A DNA stretch of 64,000 nt, taken from Octopus vulgaris (taxonomy: Eukaryota). The first letter of the stretch is position 1. Every line of letters begins with the position of its first letter. The translations under genes were made by a program, and so were the position numbers. Shown in pieces: positions 55,825 to 64,000 of the stretch. Under the pieces are notes generated by a model. It saw nothing but the letters and a program-made list of their open reading frames with translations. It did no database searches and was not told the DNA's origin. The stretch covers positions 67,704,001-67,768,000 of the forward strand of contig OX597833.1 in the NCBI GenBank assembly GCA_951406725.2, in the 5' to 3' direction.

Positions 55825-57034
55825 CTAATAATAATAATAATAATAATAATAATATATATATTCTTTGGTTCATTTATTTCTCCACTCACATTTTACAATG
55901 TAGACAGATGACCGATAGATTTATAGAAAAACAGATTAAGTTACAAGGAGTTGCCGCATCAGTGCACATCCTAAGCTTGATGGCAGGCAATGAGTAAAAG
56001 AACGTGAAATCTACATTGAGAGAGAAAGAAACATAGAAATAGAGAAGAGGTGTAAGATAATGATTAAATGAAAAAGTAATAAAGATGCACCTTTTGGAAA
56101 TTAATAATCGTTTCATCATACTGTATGAATATCAAGAAATTGATAAATTAAAATTGTTGTATGCTATTTCCTGAAATTTTCCATTATGGCGTAAGTATAC
56201 TTAACAAGCTGCCGGTCACATAATGGATAGCATACTAGCATGTGTGTATATATATAAGTGTGTGTGTGCGTAAGTGTCTGTATGTAGGTGTATCTGTGTA
56301 TGTATGTGTGTAAATGTCTCTGTATGTACATGAGTGAATGTATGTGTGTATGTATGTGTGTAAATGTATGTGTATAGTATGTGTATATATGTATATAGGT
56401 GTGTATATATGTATATAGGTGTGTAAATGTATGTGTATATATGTATATAGGTGTGTAAATGTGTGTGTATATATATATATGCAAGAGTATGTGTAAATGT
56501 GTGTGTATATATATATATATATGCAAGAGTATGTGTAAATGTGTGTATATGTAAATATATGTGAGTGTGTGTCTGCATGATGAATTACGAAGCTACTATC
56601 TACACTGCATTGTAGCGATCTTATTCCTCAAAAGATATTGTCTGGTGCAACTATTTGCTAGTTGCAAGTTTGTATCCTGGCAATATTTCGCTTGGTTAAC
56701 GAATTACAAAATTTTTGTTCTTCCAAGTAGTTCAAGGGTGAAATAATCTCGCAATATTCAAGGGAAACGGGATCCGTTGTGACGTCGAAACCACGTTGAT
56801 ATCCGTTAGGCAGCTGCGGAGAGTATTCCCGATTTTCTTAAATTTATTCTCTAGTTATTTATGTTCTTAAGTTTGAGATTAAGTACTGTATTAAGTTTAA
56901 ATGTTGGGCCCTCCACCATGGAGAAAAAAGACCTACTTCCTATGACCGCTAACAAATCTCGCTATTTTTAAGGTGAATCTACATTTTTATCATCTTTTAG
57001 TTTAGCAATGCTACGCTACCCAGGTATTTTGCTC

Positions 57035-57348
57035 CTTTACTTGTTTCAGTCGTTTGATTGCGGCCGTACTGGAGCACAGCATTGAAAAGTTTTATTCGAA
57101 CAAATCGACTCCGGGGTTATTTTTTAAGCCGAAAACATATTCTATCGGTCACTTATGCCGACCACTAAGTTACGGTTACGTAAACACATCAACACAGCTG
57201 TGAAGTGATGATAAGCGAGGTGGGGTAAAACACAGACACAAAGATACACATGGCTCGAAGCTACGGAAGACACCTGCGTAAGATGTTACGCAGTGGGACT
57301 GAATCCAGAACCATGTGGTTTGTAAGCAAGCTACTTACCGCACAGCCA

Positions 57349-57350
<2 letters not shown>
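57035..57350 (-). mobile_element. SINE family B, degenerate
   Basis: TTACTTGTTTCAGTC tail and CAAGCTACTTACC head. Confidence 0.75.
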
Positions 57351-57394
<44 letters not shown>

Positions 57395-57398
<4 letters not shown>

Positions 57399-57690
57399 CG
57401 GGAAGCTTTATGAAAATAGACAAAAGACGAAGGCAGGTTTACGGAAATAAACAAAAGGCGAAGGCAGGTGGAATACAAACAAACAATTGTATTAGTATGG
57501 CGCTCAGGAAATATAAATAAAACAAGTCTTTAACGTTTCGAGCCTACGCTCTTCAACAGAAAGATACACAGAGAAAAAACACAGAAAGAAGGAGAGAAAA
57601 AAAATATGCGTGCAGAAGCTAGCGAATCAACATGGCGATCTGATTTCGGCCAGAAGTCAAAGATCAAACATGAGACGCAAGAGCGAAATT
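57395..57690 (-). mobile_element. Hammerhead-motif repeat abutting (TA)n
   Basis: Core at 57527-57564 identical to 52307-52344. Confidence 0.7.
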
Positions 57691-58164
57691 AGGGGAGATA
57701 ATAGGGTTGAATGACCTCACTCCAACCTAAGAGTGTGTGTGTGTGTATGAGAAGAGTGTGCGTGTATGAGAGAGTATTAGTGCGTATGAGAGGTCTGGAC
57801 GTGTGTATGTATATATGATGTGATGTGTAAAGTCGTATGGTGTAGTGTAGAGAGAGGAGAAGAGGGGGAGGTGAGGGGGGAGAAGGAAAGGGGAGAAGAG
57901 GAGGGGGAATTATATAAGCTATAATAAATATCTGAACGAGATGTAAACAGTAACCGCTCGACAACGTAAAGTATACCAGCCATCTCAATATGGCTAACCA
58001 CTAAGGGTGGGTGTTACTGTAGCTTTTAGCCCCAGGAGATCATCGTCTCCAGCTGGCTTTAGGCACACTTTCTGTGCTCTTATGGTATTTGCAAAGGGAA
58101 GTCATCCCCTCTCGTAAACCTAAGTGATACGCCCGGACTGCAGTTTCGAGGTTTTTCCCTCTCA

Positions 58165-58209
<45 letters not shown>

Positions 58210-58744
58210 AAGAGAATGGAGTAAATATATTTATGTATACACAAACAGGCAAGGGGATGCTGAAAAGTTTTGGGGTTTGGATAGAAGAAAATACAGGAGG
58301 ATCAGTTATTTTATGGTTTTATTCAATATATCCCCTTCTAAGATTTACACATTTATTGCAGCCGTCCTTCAGTTTTTCTAAGCCCAGCAAACAAGAACTT
58401 TTCCGCACTCTCTCGTGTGTAGATATACACACACATATATATAAGATGCTGTTAAATTAGGTACTTAATCTGTGGTACCGCGTTAGGTCGGAATAATATA
58501 CACACACAACAACAATATTATGCAAATACCAGTCTTGGTACGTAAGCACCGGCCGATTGATAGTCTTGCAGTGTAAGTAGGCAATTAGACCCAGCTGAGT
58601 AAAGAAATCATCTCCTGAGCTATTCGGATATCTACATTGTATGAAATATAGAGTCCGCAATATTTACGAATGGCAGATTCTGAGACAGGTGAATAGAACA
58701 TAAATGAATAACTGTTGTATACTTCTACTGCTACTCATTTATAT

Positions 58745-59405
58745 ATAGCGGTTCAGCAAAAGGGACCGATAAAGTGCGAAGCTTACAAAGAATAAGTCCT
58801 GGGGCGATTTGTTCGACTAAAACCCCTTAATGTGGTTATATATATATATATATATATTATATAATATATTTATATTATATCATATATGATATATAGGAGT
58901 GGCTGTGTGGTAAGTAGCTTGCTTACCAGCAAAATGGTTCCGGGTTCAGTCCTATTGCGTGGCACCTTGGGCAAGTGTCTTCTATTATAGCTTTGGACCG
59001 AGCAAAGCCTTGTGTGTGGATTTGGTAGACGGAAACTGAAAGAAGCCCGTTGTGTATATATATATATATATATTCTTTTATTTGTCATGTTACTGCGGCC
59101 ATGCTGGGGCACCACCTGAAGCGGTTTTAGTCGAACAAGTCGACCACAGAACTTATTCTTTGTAAGCCCAGTACTTAATCTGTCGGTTATCTTTTGCTTA
59201 ACCATTAAGTTACTACGACGTAAACACCCCAACATCGGTTGTCAAGCGGTAATAGGTGGGGATGGGGGTGGAGACAAGCACAAACACACAACGACAGGCT
59301 TCTTTCAGTTTCCGTCTACCAAATTCACTCACAAAGATTTGGTCGGCCCAATGCTATAGTAGACACTTGCCCATAGTGCCACGCAGTGGGACTGAACCCG
59401 GAACC
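58745..59405. mobile_element. Cluster of family B SINE fragments in both orientations
   Basis: Head at 58895-59050 (+); tail-to-head copy 59080-59405 (-). Confidence 0.8.
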
Positions 59406-59440
59406 CTTATATATGCATAAATATATTTATATAAATATAA

Positions 59441-59473
<33 letters not shown>

Positions 59474-59475
<2 letters not shown>

Positions 59476-59753
59476 GAGGAGCAATGGGCCAGTGGTTAGG
59501 CCAGCGGACTCGCAGTTTCGATTCCCAGACCAAGCGTTTGTGAGTGTTTATTAAACGAAAACACCCAAAGCTCCATGGGGCTCTGACAGGGGGTGGTGGC
59601 GATCCCTGCTGTACACTTTCGCCACAACTTTCTCTCACTCTTTCTTGTGTTGGCCTGCTCACTTAGCCAGCGGGGTGGCGTCATCTGAAGGCTAAAACAA
59701 TGCGAAGCACATTGTGACCAGCGATGTGCAGCAACATCTGGTAGCCTGGTCGG
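59474..59753 (+). mobile_element. SINE family D
   Basis: Colinear with reverse complement of 28985-29293. Confidence 0.85.
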
Positions 59754-59818
59754 AGTAAACACATAAATGTGAAACAAGGTGGAAAAAAGAGTACTCAAAT
59801 ACCAGTGGGTATTCTAGC

Positions 59819-59866
59819 AAAAGCTGTCCGACGAACGGAAACGGGAAACTCAGAGTAACAGGTTTT
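59819..59866 (+). ncRNA. Putative type I minimal hammerhead ribozyme motif (second family)
   Basis: Stem I AAAAGCTGT/ACAGGTTTT; core CCGACGA..GAAA; stem III ACTC/GAGT; GTA cleavage triplet at 59855-59857; U4 to C substitution. Confidence 0.55.
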
Positions 59867-59912
59867 GCTGAATTTTCTGCTGCTTTAAATAAAGTATATA
59901 TATATATATATA

Positions 59913-60150
59913 TGAGGCGCAATGGCCTAGTGGTTAGGGCAGCGGACTCGCGGTCGCAGGATCGCGGTTTCGATTCTCAGACCGGGCGTTGTGTGTGTTT
60001 ATTGAGCGAAAACACCTAAAAGCTCTACGAGGCTCCGGCAGGGGGTGGTGATCCCTGCTGTACTCTTTCACCACAATGGCGGTGCCCCAGCATGGCCACA
60101 GCTCAAGAGCTGAAACTGGAAAAACAAAAAACAAAAAAACAAAAAACAAA
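59913..60150 (+). mobile_element. SINE with family D head joined directly to a family B-type stem-loop tail
   Basis: Head to ..CTTTCACCACAA then GGCGGTGCCCCAGCATGGCCACAGCTCAAGAGCTGAAAC and an (A6-7C)n tail. Confidence 0.8.
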
Positions 60151-60154
60151 CATA

Positions 60155-60177
60155 TATAATATATATATTTAAATAAA

Positions 60178-60218
<41 letters not shown>

Positions 60219-60225
60219 AAATAAA

Positions 60226-60265
<40 letters not shown>

Positions 60266-60270
60266 TAAAG

Positions 60271-60301
<31 letters not shown>

Positions 60302-60313
60302 TATTTAAATAAA

Positions 60314-60350
<37 letters not shown>

Positions 60351-60356
60351 AATAAA

Positions 60357-60393
<37 letters not shown>

Positions 60394-60400
60394 AATAAAG

Positions 60401-60431
<31 letters not shown>

Positions 60432-60443
60432 TATTTAAATAAA

Positions 60444-60483
<40 letters not shown>

Positions 60484-63400
60484 TGTGTGTGTATGTATTG
60501 CTCATATTTTATCTATGAAATTATTACTCGAGTCCCTACGGTTTTGTGAGAATCATTTAGAAAACCTGATAAGTGCCACTGAACGAAACTGTCGGTTCTC
60601 GAGTGAATTAGGTAACTTCACAGCTTATGACAGAAATGGATGCTCTTATTTACGTAGTCTGTGCTATTTTTGGAGTTTGCACCACCAAACCTATATACGT
60701 AAGAGGGTGTGTATATGCTCGTATGTATATGTGTGTGTGTGTGTGTGAACGTTTGTATACATGTGTGTAGGTCCGTGTATATTTGCGTGTATGTATACAT
60801 GTGTGTGAGTGCATTTATGGACATGTGTATGTGTGCATGTATATGGGTATGTGTGTATGTGTGTGTGTTTTGTGTGCTTATGTATGTGTTTGTGCGTGTG
60901 CGTGCGCATGTATGTGTATGTTTCCGTATGTATGTTTATACATGTGCGTACGTATGTGTGTATGCGTGTGTGTTTATGCTTCAGTGTGTGTCTGTGTATG
61001 TGTTTATGTGTGCGTATGTATGTGTATATGTGTGCGTATGTATGTGTATATATGTGTGTGTGTATGTATGTATATGTGCATGTGTGTGTGTATATATGTG
61101 TGTGTGTGTGTGTATGTTTCTCTTTCGACCTGCTCCTATTTATCTCTTCCGTCTTTCGCTGCTACATATTCGCATCTTCTCTCCATCTCTCTCGCTCTCC
61201 TCCTCTATTCCTGCTTCTCTCTTTCTTTCTCTCTCTCTCCATTTCTCTCGCTCACCTCCTGTATTCTGCTTCTCTCTCTCTCTCTCTCTCTCTGTCACTC
61301 TTTCACTTTCTCTCTCACAAACAATTACACTTTCTCTCTCTCGCACACATATTCTCACTCTCTCTCTCCATCTCTCTCGCTCTCCACCTCTATTTCTTCT
61401 TCTCTCTCTCCATTTCTCTCGCTCACCTCCTGTATTTCTGCTTCTCTCTCTCTCTCTCTCTGTCACTCTTTCACTTTCTCTCTCACAAACAATTACACTT
61501 TCTCTCACACACACATATTCTCAATCTCTCTCTCCATCTCTCTCGCTCTCCACCTCTATTTCTTCTTCTCTCTCTCTCCATCTCTCTCGCTCTTCTCCTC
61601 CATTTCTGCTTCTCTCTCTCTCTCTCTCGTCTCCTCTATTTCTGCTTCTCTCTCTCTCTCTCTCACTCTTTCACTTTCTCTCTCACAAACAATTACACTT
61701 TCTCTCTCACACACATATTCTCTCTCTCACATATTCTCTCTCTCACACACATATTCTAACTCTCTCTCTCTCTCTCATCCCCTACACATCTTTATGATGC
61801 GACACAGCAGCACAGTCAGCAGCAGCAGTACAAAGGCTCAACACCATTAATACGTCCATTGCTAACATCAGTACGGAACTAACACCATTAACAAAACATA
61901 GCAACAACCAGCATCACCACCGCCTCCACCACCACCGCCACCATTTCAGCAACAGCACCACCACCACCACCGACATCTTCGCTTCCACTACCACCACCAC
62001 CATTTCCATTAGCAGCAGCATCACCACCATCACCGCTGCCGCCACCACCACCACCACACCTGCAACTACATCACCGCCTTCACCACCTCCACCACCACCA
62101 GCACCACCACCACAGCCATTTCTGCGACTACGTCAACCTCCCACCCCTCCCCGACCCCGGCCCGCCACCATCGTCACTAGCAGCACCAGCATCACCAATA
62201 ACATCGTCATAAGCACAACACCGACAACACCACCAACAACAACAACAACACAACTACCGCCACCACACCACGCCGCCACAACACCCGCCAATACCATCAT
62301 CGCCTTCCCCACCACCACCACCACCACCCTGATTCCACCTCCGCCAGCAGGACCACCACAACCGCTCCTGCGACTTTACCACCACCACCACCACCACCAC
62401 CAACTACAACAACAATAACAACAACACTAGGGACACCACCACCACCACCACTAGTAATATCGGCATCACCAATAGCAACACCACCACGCCACTACTAGCT
62501 CCCCCACACCCACCATCGTCTCATCCTCACCATCATCTCACCACCACCATCACTATCATCATCGCTGTAAACACTAACCATACCACGCTGCTACCGGCAC
62601 CATACACACTACCACCGCAACCACCACATTTGGCTATTACCACTAACACCACAGCTACCATCGATAGTTATATACTACCACCACCACCAGCACCCTTAGC
62701 AGTGCCACAACCGCTACCACAATTACCAGCACTACCACCACTACCACCATCAGATGTACTACTGCCTATACTATTAACGCCACCACCACCACCATCACCA
62801 CCAACACATATACTAATACTCGTATTACTACTAGCACCGGTGCCGCTACCAATATTAACACCAACAGCATCTAGTACTACTACTATTACTACTACTGCTG
62901 CTATCGCATCAGAGACACCACCAAAACTGCCACCCATACTATTTATACTGCCACCCATACTATTTATACTGCCACACTACTATTCATTTCAACACAACCA
63001 AGAACAAAGCCGTCACTACTATTACTATTAGTACTACGACTACTACTACCTAAACTGTCACAATCGCTATAGCCACAACCCTCAGCGCTGCTACTACTAC
63101 TACTTCTACTACTACATGTAGTATCAACAAGAGTAGTACTATCAATATAAACAATAACAACGCCACCACCACCACCAACATTATCGTCAGTTCCACTACT
63201 ACGTATACTATCACAATCACCCCCACCACCACCACCACTACTACTACTACAACTACTATTTCTACTAGTACTACTACTACTACTACTACTAACAGCTGTA
63301 ACAGTTAGATGAATATCAACATTTCTGCTACTAAGTTGAATCGAAACACACCATAAACACAAACAGGCAGGTCCACACGTGTTAGCGCATACCTATACAT

Positions 63401-63829
63401 ACATACATATATACATACACATATACATATATACATACATATATATATATATATATACACATACACACATACATACATATATACATATACATACATATAT
63501 ATATGTATGTATATATACACACACACAAATTACAATACATGTAAACATATACAAGTAGCTTACATACTACAGTTACCTCATGTAAAGTAGGAAAAATATA
63601 CACATCGCCATATATATATCGCCATATATATATATATATACATACATACACACACACACACACGCTTATCCATTTCTCTCTCTCTCACTATATATATATA
63701 TATATATATACACATACATATATATATATATATATATATTGGTGATGCCAACGGGGAAATAGAACTCAAAATTTGAGTATATGTATGCTTTCGGACCTTG
63801 AGTCAGCCTGTTTCCTCTGCTAAATATAC

Positions 63830-63901
<72 letters not shown>

Positions 63902-64000
63902 ATGTCTTAAGCTTCACTCTCTCTCTCCCTCTCTGTCATACCCATGCACACACATATATTCATATATTCATGTATAATAAAATTCTAGAAAGATAAATAA
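60155..64000. repeat. Low-complexity block: (TA)n with repeated TTAAATAAAG, (GT)n, CT-rich minisatellite, degenerate (ACC)n/(ACT)n, (TATC)n
   Basis: Direct inspection. Confidence 0.9.

Noticed and set aside
58245-58400. Mariner-like TIR remnant (GGGGATGCTGAAAAGTT)
   Set aside because: No convincing partner TIR or transposase sequence seen
61800-63300. Mucin-like or Pro/Thr-rich exon
   Set aside because: Degenerate (ACC)n/(ACT)n with stops in the frames and no supportable splice structure

Overview
Eukaryotic, AT-rich, microsatellite-saturated intergenic/intronic DNA. The SINE families present resemble those of coleoid cephalopods, probably Octopus (recognition only, no search run). I find no supportable host protein-coding gene, and nearly all listed ORFs are read-throughs of (TA)n, (CA)n, (CT)n or trinucleotide repeats. 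Real content: one 5'-truncated but uninterrupted CR1-group LINE reverse transcriptase (42331-44007, minus); decayed Penelope, RTE, CR1, pogo and Tc1 coding remnants; two or three ORF1/gag-like zinc-knuckle relics; Helitron-type non-autonomous elements; and dozens of tRNA-derived SINEs, one family forming fixed-junction head-to-tail multimers. Top findings: (1) a GG-terminal TIR element with a perfect 8-bp TSD (Merlin-like, 23233-24546) carries the 3' end of a 28S rRNA gene including the sarcin-ricin loop, and an empty relative lies at 50126-50558; (2) dispersed minimal hammerhead-ribozyme elements, often in palindromes within (TA)n; (3) a covarying 3' stem-loop module shared by a SINE family and the LINE.
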